DNA of 63,979 bases, filler included, from Catajapyx aquilonaris (lineage: Eukaryota): assembly GCA_000934665.2 (NCBI GenBank). It is 3 parts of 3 records of this genome, joined end to end, with 100 filler letters (N's around TTAATTAATTAA, not from the genome) between each part and the next. Parts side by side here need not be neighbours in the genome. Positions count along the whole stretch, not along the records: positions 43,418 to 63,979 come from JYFJ02006234.1; 2 more parts are not named here. One strand, given 5' to 3'. The notes under the pieces were generated by a model. It was not told the DNA's origin. It worked only from the letters and a program-made list of their open reading frames with translations, and ran no database searches. The position numbers were made by a program, and so were the translations under genes. Shown piece after piece: positions 52,437 through 63,979 of this stretch. Positions within the stretch are counted from its first letter, which is position 1; each line of letters opens with the position of its first letter.

Positions 52437-55400
52437 ATGGGTTTTTCCGAACATCAGAATCCGTTCGACTGCCATGGAACTGGGGAGGGTACTAAGAAAC
52501 TTTCTAAAGACGAGGTAACGTATCTGGTTTCGCAATTCGACAAACTTTGAACCTGCTTCAGCAAATATTCATAACTATCATCTTCACTTCTTCCACCCGC
52601 AGGAATGTCGAGGTAGTTTCGTCAACAATGTCCCGCATGGATATGCTGAATACAAATGGGAAGGAAACTTATCATACAAAGGGAATTTCTACATGGGCAA
52701 GAAGGAAGGATATGGCTGCCAAGCCTACCCAGATGGACGAATTTTTTACGTACTGTATCTTGCCTATGTGAAATATTATAAATGCTACATGATTCATTGG
52801 ATTCGATATTGCCTATTTTCACAGGGGCTCTTCAAAGACGACAAACGCTACGGACCAGGCGTAGAGACATATCCTACAGGTCACCAAGATGTTGGATTTT
52901 GGGAAAATAACAGACTCGTTCGACTCTGTACTAAACAGACTCTTATACCAGCACCACTGCCTTCTCTTGGACAAGTGAAGAACAGGAGGAGAATACTGGA
53001 GTCCAAACAGCCACGCAACCGTCCTCTGGAGATACTGCTGGAGGCAGGGGGTCAAGGTCTCGAGGAATACGTCGGGTACCTCTGCAACCCACATGTGCGA
53101 CAACCAAAAAGCCTCAGCGTGGACCACGTGTATCTCAGAGCAATTCATAGAAAGGGTAAACCCTGGGGACCAGACTGCAAGATGGTGGCCTGGAATAATG
53201 CAGATCACTTGTGCGATATGCAGGTGTACACATTCAACAATCGACATGCTCAGGTTTGGATAAATCACTTATTTTCCCAGGATGTACAGTACTTCAAGTT
53301 GATGTTTATCTTTGCAAAAAAAACATTTATTAGTGGCAAAATACATAGAGAACTGTGTGTGCCACATTTAAATGCTGTAGGCGCTCTGCACCCCAGGTTC
53401 GTAAAGTACACTATGATGCGTCAGCGGATTGTGTACAGTATAGGGCAGATCGATGAATTACAAGGCCTTCCTCTAACCAATTTTTAAAAACTAAGATGTG
53501 CTAACTTTAAATTATTACTGTGTCTGTTTAATGTCGCTGAACACATGCTTCGTCTGATCTTCTCTAATCCATGCATAATAGTGACTTGAATTAACTTGAT
53601 TACACTGGGGAACAAATTTTTGGTTGAATTGACACCAGCACTTGTTCTTATCTCATTTGAGTGTGCTGAATTCAAATCTGATTTTAGTTTTTCTCTGTAA
53701 GCTCCAGATTTTCTACAATTCAATTTTTTCAGTTATTGCGACATTTTGACGCCTGTCGCATGATGACATGATCTCTATGAGGAATACATATTATAGCCAT
53801 ACAGTCTTGAAATTAGGCTTACACAACCGTCTTGGTAAAGATAATATTACTCGTATTTTTTATTCACGAAAAAGTCGTAGATGCATCACAACATGCACTG
53901 ATTAAACTTTGAAAAAAGTCACAAAATATCGAAAAAGAATGTGCCAAGTTTTAAATCCTATAACTCGAAAACTTGTAGGAATTAATGGTTTAAGTTTTGA
54001 AATGCTAAGAAATGTCTAAGGTTTAGGGCTCACCGTAGTTTGTTTCGATATGAACTTCATTTTTCGCTCGGCAAAATAATATAAATATGGTAATCGGTGT
54101 CGTGCCTAACGAGCTCAGATATATCATGTCTGGGGTTACCGTTGCAATGCTTTTTTTTCCGTACGTGCTGATGATGCTAGATCTTTTCACCATACATGCA
54201 GCATACATGTATCTCCATACAAAAGTCAATCGGGGTAAGATCTGGGATTCTGGTGGGATAGGCATTAGGAAACTTCTCATTCAAGACTTCGCACACTGAA
54301 AGGATGAACAAGTGAAACTTTCCTAAGGCAGGTTTGTTTGGATGAGGATACTTTTCATGTGCATCATCAAGAACAATGTGTGTGGTGTAAAGACCAGTCA
54401 TCTTTCACCACCTATACTGGTTAATATCGCAACGGTAACTCCAGATACGCGTACTATTGAGCGGGTTGGGCTCAAGACCGAATACAGTATTTTTCTATTT
54501 CTCGAGCAACAAATGAAGCTCATATCGAAACAAACTAAGGTGAGACCAAAACTTAAAACATTTAGATATGTCTGCAAGTTTTCTACTTATAGGGTTTTAA
54601 AATTGGAACATTCTTTTTCGATTTTTTTAAAACTTTTTTCTAACTGTAATACATAATTATTGAGATGCTTGAAAACATTCACGAACTGTTTCATCAAGCT
54701 GAGCTCATATGGTTCATGCAAGTTATTCCACCTCTATATCTGTAATGTCACATTTAAAATGTTACAGGATGACACGCCGTTCAGTGTTGAAACTGTGATA
54801 TGCAACGAGCGCACAAAGTTTTGCCGCCGTGGTAAGCACGAAGAAGACTGCTTGGGCCTCCTGTGGTCTTCGAGAGAGGGCGATATAGACACTGCTAGAA
54901 AGCACCTGATGAACCAAATCGATCCTGATGTGACGGATGGCGAAGGGAACACCCCTCTCATCTTAGCCAGTGTTCGTGTTGGTTGAGTTACATCGTTACA
55001 TAAAATCCATGGTAATATTAATGACTACTATACTTTCATGCAGGCCTTCTGGGAACCCGAGGTTGTGACACTGCTTCTGGACTGGTCTGCCAACACCAAC
55101 GTCACGAATGATGAAGGGTTCAGCCCACTTTTAATGGCGTTGTACAGATACTTTTACTTACACAAGAAGCTTGATAAGTTAACGGGATTGTTCTCCTCAA
55201 ACATCTCCCAGAGAGGCCCATCCTCACCTTATATAGAAGATGAGCCTATCATATGGGGAGGAGAACCTAAAATTTCACATGGAGGAGGCAAGAGCACCTC
55301 TAGATCTGTCGCGAGTCATCTTAAAATGGGCCGCCTTGCCAAATCGACATCAGAAAAGATAGTTGCAGATCCGGCGACAAATTCACCCCCGGAAAGAGAT

Positions 55401-58400
55401 GAAGCTAGAGAGAGACTACTAACTCTCCTTTCCTATTCTCCCTACGGCTGGGCTAGGATGAATCGTGGGACATACCTACCCCAAAAGTTCAGAAATCCTA
55501 TTCGTCAAGGTCAACCATCCCCTCCACCACAGGCTAAAGAAGCACATGATGAACAAGAAGGTCACCTTCCAGGATTAAGTTCGGCCTTCAGCATTGCTCT
55601 GAACTATGAGCCGTTTGACTCAACACATGACCTTCCTTCTTGGTGGGTGTTTGAAACAGATGACCCATTAGAGATGCCCATAAAATCAAGGTTCGTAATG
55701 GTTACGTCACGGTGTCCTAACAGCTGCGGTTGCAAATGTTTCATACTGCGGTCTCAACAGACCGGATCTTGACGATGCAACATCCAGAGCGCTCAAGACT
55801 GTGGAGATTCTTCTGCAGAGAGGTGCAAACCCCAATTTTCTCTCCGGGAATGTGACCCCGCTGACACTGGCAGTAAGGGCTGGTGACCTGGCCATGGTCG
55901 ACCTACTTCTGAAATACGGGGCCAGGCCAGAGCAAACTCTTCCTGAAGAAGTAGGCAGCATCGCACCCATTCACCTGGCAGCAAACGCAGCCTACTCTCC
56001 TGACGCTCCCAAAATCATCACATCACTGGTATTAGTAGGCTAGTGTTTTAATATGACACATGGACAGATGTAATATTAATATTCTTGTCACCTGACAGAT
56101 GAAAGCTGGGGGCAGTGTTGCCCAACGCGTGACACCGGATGATTCATACCTTTCAACTTTGCCCGAGCGCAAAGCTGAGATAGCTCAGTGGATGAGGGAA
56201 GAGAATTTTCAGCTGCAAGGGAAGCAGGCGTTGCACATTGCATGCTCCAAGGAAATACTCCCTTATGAAGAAACAATCGCAAGAATGCGAAAGGAGACAA
56301 CTAATGCGGATCTAACCCCTATTAAAAGTGCTATTAAGACAAAGGAAGAAAAGTATCGTCCCCAAGATAGTTACTCAAGTCTGAAATTAAACACCGATAG
56401 GAGAGGCACAGTGTCATCTATGAGAAGATCTATCGCAAGCACCACAAAGATTGGAATAGACGAACGGAGGGTAGCACGCAGTGACGATAGAAGAAGATCC
56501 ACGGCGAGAAATCAGCCGAGTGAAGGCAAGGAAAAGAAGGTGAGATTTGGCGACACGAATGACACGTCTGAAAGCCCTGGTATATCGTGTAACAACAACA
56601 ACAAAAGCAGAGAAATTATTCAGTATGATGCTACATCCTCCCATGAACAAAGGATGCATGAAATGAGGTTGCATATGCGGAAGCGTAAAGGTAAGGCTTC
56701 ATTTGACTGCACGTGGTTACTCTCACATTCGAGACTTGCCATTCAAATAATCTCACATGACAATGACATTATTATTAAGACTGTCTCACATTGCAGCCGA
56801 AATTTCAAGGGAAAAGGCCACACTCCTGAAGACTGTAAAGAGTCTGATAAAGGCCGGTGCGAACGTGAACGACGAGGTCAACGGTCAGAATCCTCTGTCC
56901 CTGGCCATTATCCACGGAAACGAGAATCTTCTTCCGGTTCTGTTGGGAGCCGGAGCCGATCCCAACAAAGAACTGTCTATGGGTACCGGTAGCGCCTTGG
57001 GTGTTGCGGTCAGCACTGATTCCGAACGTTCCCGAACCTTTGAACAGAGGAAAGATATTGTGGAGATGCTGGTAGGAAATGACAAAGGTGATGTCACCAA
57101 GGCGTTGCGAGTCACCCCTAAAGATAGAATCAACCCTATCGATATATACTACAAGAGGATTGATGAGCACTCGTGAGTTTTGAGACCCCTTCAGCCATGC
57201 AGACAGGGATGCAGAGGTTAAGATCGTGTAATGACATGTTGACTCTTCCAGAAAAGCTAATCCCATGCTCCAAAAGGAACAGAAGGTCTTCCTAGTCAAA
57301 CAGAGGGGGATGATGTCGCATTATTTGGGAGAAAAATTTCACTCCACACTCATAAGTAAACTAACTTCCATTAAGAAGGCTCTGCTGGGTCGTCTAGATT
57401 ATGAAGAGAGACAGAGATTAACAGCTGAATTTAAGCGTTTGCTGACTTCTTCTGTCGACTTGCCAACAACAGTATGTGATGATCAAAGTATCTCAATTCC
57501 GGATTTCTTTGCAGCATTAAAGGCACCTTTTTAACTGTCAACAAGAAGAGGGAATGCTCTCCTTTCTGACCTCTTTTAAAGAATATTGCAGTTCGTTGGC
57601 TTGCTAAGAATACAGTATTATAATTCGTAACGAATTTTATTATGCCGTTTTTGGCAATATGATTGATGCAGTGGTCAAGTATAATATTAATTTCCAAGTG
57701 AGGCAGTAAATTTTTTACAGTGTTCTAAACCCATCTATTCCGTACCTTAACTACAGTACTACTGTATAGTGTCTTTATGTCGTAAAATTAATCTGGACGT
57801 TCTTAAAAATAATTTAATTCACTTTAATATTCCGACTGTCTCTCAAAAATAGGTATTGAAGGAACTGAAAGCCATCATATTCTGCCTTCAATGTGGTCGA
57901 AAAGTTACGGAGAAGATACCAAAAAACACATGCCAAGTCTGTAAAATGATGTTCTGCTCTCATGCTTGCTTCGTCCGTGCAATGAAGAGAGGGCACAAGG
58001 AACTTGAATGCGTTATGCTAGAGGGTAAAGAAGCATAATTTCACTTTATATCTATACAGTAGAGGGTTGTAATATCTCGTCCAGTTTTATAATCAACTAC
58101 CGGTACGCTAATGAGGGCTTAATTTTTCAATAGCCTGCTTTTCTATGTGTAACTAATGAATCTCATGGTTATGTTTCAGAGTGCAGAGAAATAGTCAAAT
58201 CACTCTTTCATGATGAGACTTCTCCTCCAACTCCTCCACCTCCTCCACGTAAGACAATTTTGTTTTACACATACACCATGTGTTAAATCGTGAATAATTA
58301 ATAAACAAAATATTTGCAGGTAAAATAAAGGAGCACAAACCCCCGCCCAAGCCTGTCCTACGCCGAGCCGTAGGATACATACTAACCGAATGCAGAGACA

Positions 58401-58474
58401 TGAAGGTTATGCTTACACCAAGCGAAGCTACTCTCCACGCAGTTCCTAGGAAAGAAAATTACAGTATAAATTAA
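52437..58474 (+). CDS. ANKMY1: ANKMY1-like copy C, complete 12-exon model (about 1118 aa)
   Basis: Exons 52437-52514, 52603-52749, 52825-53253, 54768-54971, 55044-55690, 55761-56028, 56099-56690, 56797-57172, 57252-57471, 57853-58024, 58180-58248, 58320-58474 (3357 nt, in frame). GLFKDDKRYGPGVETYPTGHQDVGFW...VRLC matches the ANKMY1 MORN signature. MYND CLQC...CQVC...FCSHAC...H...C. Confidence 0.92.
53911..54640 (-). mobile_element. Tc1/mariner-derived element with long inverted arms in intron 3 of copy C
   Basis: Arms at about 53911-54085 and 54480-54640 (TAGTTTGTTTCGATATGA / TCATATCGAAACAAACTA). The internal minus-strand remnant VCEVLNEKFPN...PDLTPIDF...IATVTPDM resembles the WPPRSPDLTPLDF catalytic region. 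Confidence 0.75.
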
Positions 58475-58690
58475 ACAGTTGATTGAGAAATATGTATAAT
58501 AAATGAAGTGGTCGCAGCAATGTCACAGGGCGCAGCAGAGTTTTCTGCGAAACATGTGACTAATGAAAGAAAAATGGATTTGTGGTTTTCCTTCTTCCCC
58601 CCCCCCCCTCTCCCCCCGACAAAATANCCCTCTCCCCCCGACAAAATATTGCGTCTGACATTTTTGCCACTCATGCTCATTACGTTATGA

Positions 58691-58725
58691 TTGTTGCCTT
58701 TGTTTAGTACCGTTTCTATGGATCG
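58691..58725 (+). promoter_or_regulatory. conserved upstream motif of copy D
   Basis: TTGTTGCCTTTGTTTAGTACCGTTTCTATGG, about 175 nt before the ATG. Confidence 0.55.
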
Positions 58726-58865
58726 CCGTTCTGGCCGTTTCGATCGAGGGGAAAGGCGCTTCTTTTTTTTTACTCAGCGCATTTTTTTTTTTACCTGCAC
58801 ATTTTTTTTTTCGAAAACCAGAAGAGGTTCATTACCATTAGATTTTAAAAGGTCCAACTGTAGGA

Positions 58866-61800
58866 ATGGGTTTTCCTGATCATCAGAGTCCGTTCGACTG
58901 CCATGGAACGGGGGAGGGTACTAAGAAACTTTCTAAAGATGAGGTAACGTATCTGGTTTAGTACCGTAATTAGTCTGACTTCAACCTACTACAGTAAATA
59001 TAAGATCTTTCACCTTCACTTCTTCCACCCGCAGGAATGCCGAGGTAGTTTCGTCAACAATGTCCCGCATGGATATGCTGAATACACGTGGGAAGGAAAC
59101 TTATCATACAAAGGGAATTTCTATATGGGCAAGAAGGAAGGATATGGCTGCCAAGCCTACCCGGATGGACGAATTTTTTACGTAATGTGTCTTTTCTGTG
59201 TGGAATATTATAAATGCTACATGTTTCATTGGATTCGATAATACCTATTTTCACAGGGTCTCTTCAAAGACGACAAACGCTACGGACCAGGCGTAGAGAC
59301 ATATCCGACAGGTCACCAAGACGTTGGATTTTGGGAAAATGACAGACTCGTTCGACTCTGTACTAAACAGACTCTTATACCACCACTGCCTTCTCTTGGA
59401 CAAGTGAAGAACAGGAGGAGAATACTGGAGTCCAAACAGCCACGCAACCGTCCTCTGGAGATAATGCTGGAGGCAGGGGGTCAAGGTCTCGAGGAATACG
59501 TTGGGTACCTCTGCAACCCTCAGGTGCGACAACCAAAAAGCCTCAGCGTGGACCAAGCGTATCTCAGAGCAATTCATAGAAAGGGAAAACCCTGGGGACC
59601 AGACTACAAGATGGTGGCATGGAATAATGAGGACCACTTGTGCGATCTGCAGGTGTACACATTCAACAATCGACATGCTCAGGTTTGGATAAAACACTTC
59701 TGTTCCTTGGATGTAACATTTTAAGGTTTATAAGCTGATGCTTATCTTTGTAAAAAAATCCATTTATCGCCGGTAACGTACATAAAGAGGTGTTTGTGTC
59801 ACATTAAAATGCCGTGGGCGCTCAGACAGGACATGGTGTATAAAATATAGAAGGTAGGACTATAGTGCCTGCCGATTCTGTAGGGGAGATCGATGGAAAT
59901 TATTGCACGGCTTGTAACCAGTCAATATTATGATAATGAGATATGTTTACTTTACATAACGGGTCTTTCAATATTGCTGAACACATGCTTCTTCTCTAAT
60001 CCACAAATTATCATGCCTTGAAATCATATAACTTATTTATTGAATAAAACACTGACTTCTGTTTACAATGGTAATCTACTTCTATTGGAAAATTAAAAGG
60101 ATCCTTGATTAAAAGAATGCTTGTGCTATTGTGTACTAACAATAAGTACGCAAACATGTAGCTCATGAGGAGGGGTATATGGTTCATGAAAGTTATTCCA
60201 CCCCTATATCCGTAATTTCAAATACGTAATGTTCCAGGATGACACACCGTTCAGTGTTGAAACCGTGATATGCAACGAGCGCACAATGTTTTGCCGCCGT
60301 GGTAAGCACGAAGAAGACTGCCTGGGCCTACTGTGGTCTTCGAGAGAGGGTGATTTAGACACTGCTAGAAAGCACCTGTTGAACAGAGTGAACGCGGATG
60401 TGACCGATGGCGAGGGGAACACGCCTCTCATCTTAGCCAGTGTCCGTGTTGGTTCAGTTACATCGTTGCATAAAATTCTTGGTAATAATACGAATGACTA
60501 CTTTCATGCAGGCCTTTTGGGAACCCGAGGTTGTGTCACTACTTCTGGACTGGTCTGCCAACATCAACGTCACGAATGATGGAGGGTTAAGCCCACTTTT
60601 AATGGCGCTATACAGATACTTTCACTTACACAAGAAGCTTGATAAGTTAAAGGGATTGTTCTCCTCAAACATCTCTCAGAGAGGCCCACCCTCAGCTTCG
60701 ATAGAATGCCCAGTAGAAGACGAGCCTCTCATATGGGCAGGAGAACCTAAAATTTCACGCAAGAGCAACCTATCAGTACCGTCTGGAACTGTCCAGAGTC
60801 ATCTTAAAATAGGCAGTCTTGGAAAACCGACATCAGAAAAGATGTCTGTTGATGAGCCGGTGACAAATTCACCCCCGGAGAGAGATGAAGCCAGAGTGAG
60901 ACTACTAACTCTCCTTTCCTATTCTCCCTACGGCTGGGCTAGAATGATGAATCGTAGGATATACCTACCCCAAACGTGCAGCAATCCTATTCGTCCACCA
61001 TCCCCTCCACCACAGGCTAAAGAAGCACATGATGCACAAGAAGGTCACCTTCCGGGATTGAGTTCGGCCTTCAGAATTGCTCAGCACTCTGAGCCGTATG
61101 ACTCAAGACATGACCTTCCTTCTTGGTGGGTGTTTGAAACAGATGACCCATTAGAGATGCCCATAAAATCAAGGTTCGTTATGGTTGTGTCACGGTGTTA
61201 TTCCTGACAGTTGCTGTTGTCGATGTTTCATACTACTCTCTCAACAGACTGGACCTTGACAATACAACATACCGAACGTTCCAAACAGTGGAGATTCTCT
61301 TGCAGAGAGGTGCAAACCCCAATTTTCTCTCAGGGGATGTGACCCCGCTGACACTGGCAGTAAGGGCTGGTGACCTGGCCATGGTCGACCTACTTTTGAA
61401 ATACGGGGCCAGGCCAGAGCAAACTCTTCCTGAAGAAGTAGGCAGCATCGCACCCATTCACCTGGCAGCAAACGCAGCCTACTCTCCTGACGCTCCCAAA
61501 ATCATCACATCACTGGTATTAGTAGGCTAGTGTTTTAATATGACACATGGACAGGTGTAATATTAATATTCTCACCACCTGACAGATGAAAGCAGGAGGC
61601 AGTGTTACCCAACGTGTGATGCCGGATGGTTCATACATTTCAACTTTGCCAGAGCGCAAAGCTGAGATAGCTCAGTGGATGAGGGAAGAGAATTTTCAGC
61701 TGCAAGGGAAGCAGGCGTTGCACATTGCATGCTCCAAGGAAATACTCCCTTATGAAAAAACAATGTCAAGAATGAGAAAGGAGAGAGCTAATGCGGATCT

Positions 61801-63140
61801 AACCCCTATTAAAAGTGCTATTAAGACAAGGGAAGAAAAGTATCGCCCCCAAGATAGTGATTCATATCAGAAATTAAAACCCGATAGGAGAGGCACAGTG
61901 TCATCTATGAGAAGAACTATCGCAAGCACCACAAAGATTGGAATAGACGAACGGAGGGTAGCACGCAGTGACGATAGAAGAAAATCCACGGCGAGAAATC
62001 AGCCGAGTGAAGGCAAGGAAAAGAGCGTGAGATTTGGCGACACGAATGACACGTCTAGAAGCCCTGGCGAATTGTCTAACAACAACAAAAGCAGAGGAAT
62101 TCTAAAACAGCCTACATCAGCCCAAGAACAAAGGGGAAGAGAAAAGGGGGCTGAAAAGATCGTGAGATTTGGCAACAAGAAAGACACGTCTCAAAGCCCT
62201 GGTGAATTGTCTAACAACAGCAACAAGAGCAAAGGAATTAAAAATGATGCTGTACCAGCCCAAGAACAAAGGAAACATGAAAAGAAACCAACCACGAAAC
62301 GTATGAAGAAGCAACAAGGTAGGAATTCTTTTGACTCCACGTTATGCTTCTCACATTCTCAAACTGTCATTCAAATAAAATCGCATGATAAACACATATG
62401 TATTAAGCCTGTCATGTTGGAGTCACATTTAATTTACTGACTCAACCAATCATTTTAGAGCTGAATAAGATGACCCAAATTTCAAGGGAAAAAGCCACAC
62501 TCCTGATGACTGTGAAGAGTCTGATAGATGCCGGTGCGAACGTGAACGAAGAGGTCAACGGTCAGAATCCTCTGTCACTGGCCATTATACACGGAAACGA
62601 GAATCTTCTTCCGGTTCTGTTGGGATCCGGAGCCGATCCCAACAAAGAACTGTCTATGGGTACCGGTAGCGCCTTGGGTGTTGCGGTCAGCACTGATTCT
62701 GAACGTCACCGAACCTTTGAACAGAGGAAACGCATTGTGGAGACACTGGTAGGAAATGAAGGTGATCTCACCAAGACGATTCAAGTCACCCCTAAAGATA
62801 GAATCACCCCTATCGATATATTCCACAAGAGGATTGCTCAGGACGAGTGAGTTTTGTCATCCCTTCTGTCATGTAGAGGTGAAGAATCGTGTAATGACAT
62901 TTTTTCGCTTCCAGAAACGCTAAACGCAAGCGCATGGTCCCAGATGAACAAATGGTTACCGTACGTAAACAAAGGGGGATGATGAACAATTATTTGGCTG
63001 AAAACTTTCGCTCTACACTCATTAGTAAACTAACTGACATTAAAACTGCTCTGATGGGTCGTCTGGACGATGAAGAGAGACGGAGGTTAATGACTGAATT
63101 TAAGCGTTTGCTGGTTTCTGGTGTCAAGTTCTCAACATCG
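58866..63140 (+). CDS. ANKMY1: ANKMY1-like copy D (exons 1-9; MYND exons expected beyond the window)
   Basis: Exons 58866-58943, 59035-59181, 59257-59682, 60238-60441, 60512-61173, 61248-61515, 61586-62318, 62459-62846, 62915-63140. Phases match copy C, and several introns align with copy C. Confidence 0.9.
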
Positions 63141-63510
63141 GTATGTGATGATCAAGATATCTCAATTCCGGATTTCTTTGCGGCTTAAAACGAGCATTTG
63201 CAAATAACACTAAGAATGCTCCCCTTTCTGACCTTTCCTGCTTATCAAAAATATACTCCATAACTAATTTAACTGATGTTTTATAGGAGATAGAAATGGT
63301 ACAGCAGTCAAGTAAAGTTCATTTCCAAATGAGGAAGAAAATTTTAACAGCATTTTAAACCCGTACGGAACTACAATAGATGAAATTTTAACGAGCGCAA
63401 CAGAATTCACACCAACACCTGCCCAAGCTCATTGTTCTGACAACAACTTTGCCATAATTACCCCTCACAAATTCACATCGGTAGCCTTCTAGAGTCTAGA
63501 AGGTATTCAA

Positions 63511-63979
63511 TACTATGGGGCACAAATTATTTTAGCCACTTTATCCTGGTCTTGAAGCAACCATTCGCACAGGCCCCGTGGTGAGGAGGTGTGATCAGGT
63601 CTTGACTAAGGTCTGGGGACGGAAGTCTGTGGTTTTACTGTAGCTGTGGGGACCAGTTCCAATTGTGGGGACATTTGTCGGTCCCCACAGTCTCACACAC
63701 GCGAAGTGTACCATTACAGTGGGGACATGTGTAAATTAGTTGGGACATGTCCCCACTATTTTCATTTGTAGGGTTTCACAAAAGTCCATTTTTCTCAGCC
63801 TAGGTTACTTAGGGTAGGGTAGGTTAGGTAGGATAGGGTAGGTTAGGTAGGGTAGGGTAGGTTAGGTTAGGTTAGGTTAGGTTAGGTTAGGTTAGATCAG
63901 TTTACACTCGCAGTGAAAAGTGATCAATGTCCGTCCCCACGCCTTAGTCAAGACAAGAGTTGTGTGTGTGTGTGTGTGT
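63511..63979. mobile_element. MITE family B copy 4 (left arm and centre; runs off the window)
   Basis: TACTATGGGGCACAAATT...GGTCTTGAAGCAACC...GGTGAGGAGGTGTG, then an insert, then (TG)n resumes at 63961. Confidence 0.85.
63594..63960. mobile_element. nested element with subterminal inverted repeats and a (TTAGG/GTAGG)n array
   Basis: GTCTTGACTAAGGTCTGGGGACGG (from 63599) pairs with CCGTCCCCACGCCTTAGTCAAGAC (to 63954). Internal TGGGGAC repeats. TTAGG-like array at about 63800-63895. Confidence 0.8.

Noticed and set aside
57472..57534. Intron-9 read-through (VCDDQxISIPDFFAA in C and D) as a conserved MYND-less isoform
   Set aside because: C and D introns are similar throughout because of recent duplication, and A and B lack the peptide.
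63800..63895. TTAGG array as a real telomere
   Set aside because: It is short, degenerate, and enclosed by inverted repeats inside an intron.

Overview
AT-rich, intron-rich eukaryotic DNA, most likely from an insect or other hexapod (single-copy SNRSPSLRLRFamide sNPF precursor, TTAGG arrays, insect-type tRNA-derived SINEs). Two identical 100-nt N-TTAATTAATTAA-N spacers (21668-21767, 43318-43417) split it into three blocks whose true adjacency is unproven. Block 1 holds a short neuropeptide F gene on the minus strand with repeat-rich introns. Block 2 holds a nested transposon stack, the 3.3-kb last coding exon of a probable RBBP6/SNAMA gene, and five exons of a divergent anion-type Cys-loop channel. 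Block 3 is a head-to-tail array of four ANKMY1-like genes (MORN-ankyrin-MYND); two could be spliced by hand into complete 12-exon ORFs. The most interesting signals are in this array: a shared forkhead/X-box-like upstream motif, PP1-docking RVxF-type motifs kept (and duplicated, with a GILK motif) inside otherwise unalignable inserts, and patches of apparent gene conversion. All gene models are manual and family calls come from recalled motifs, not searches.
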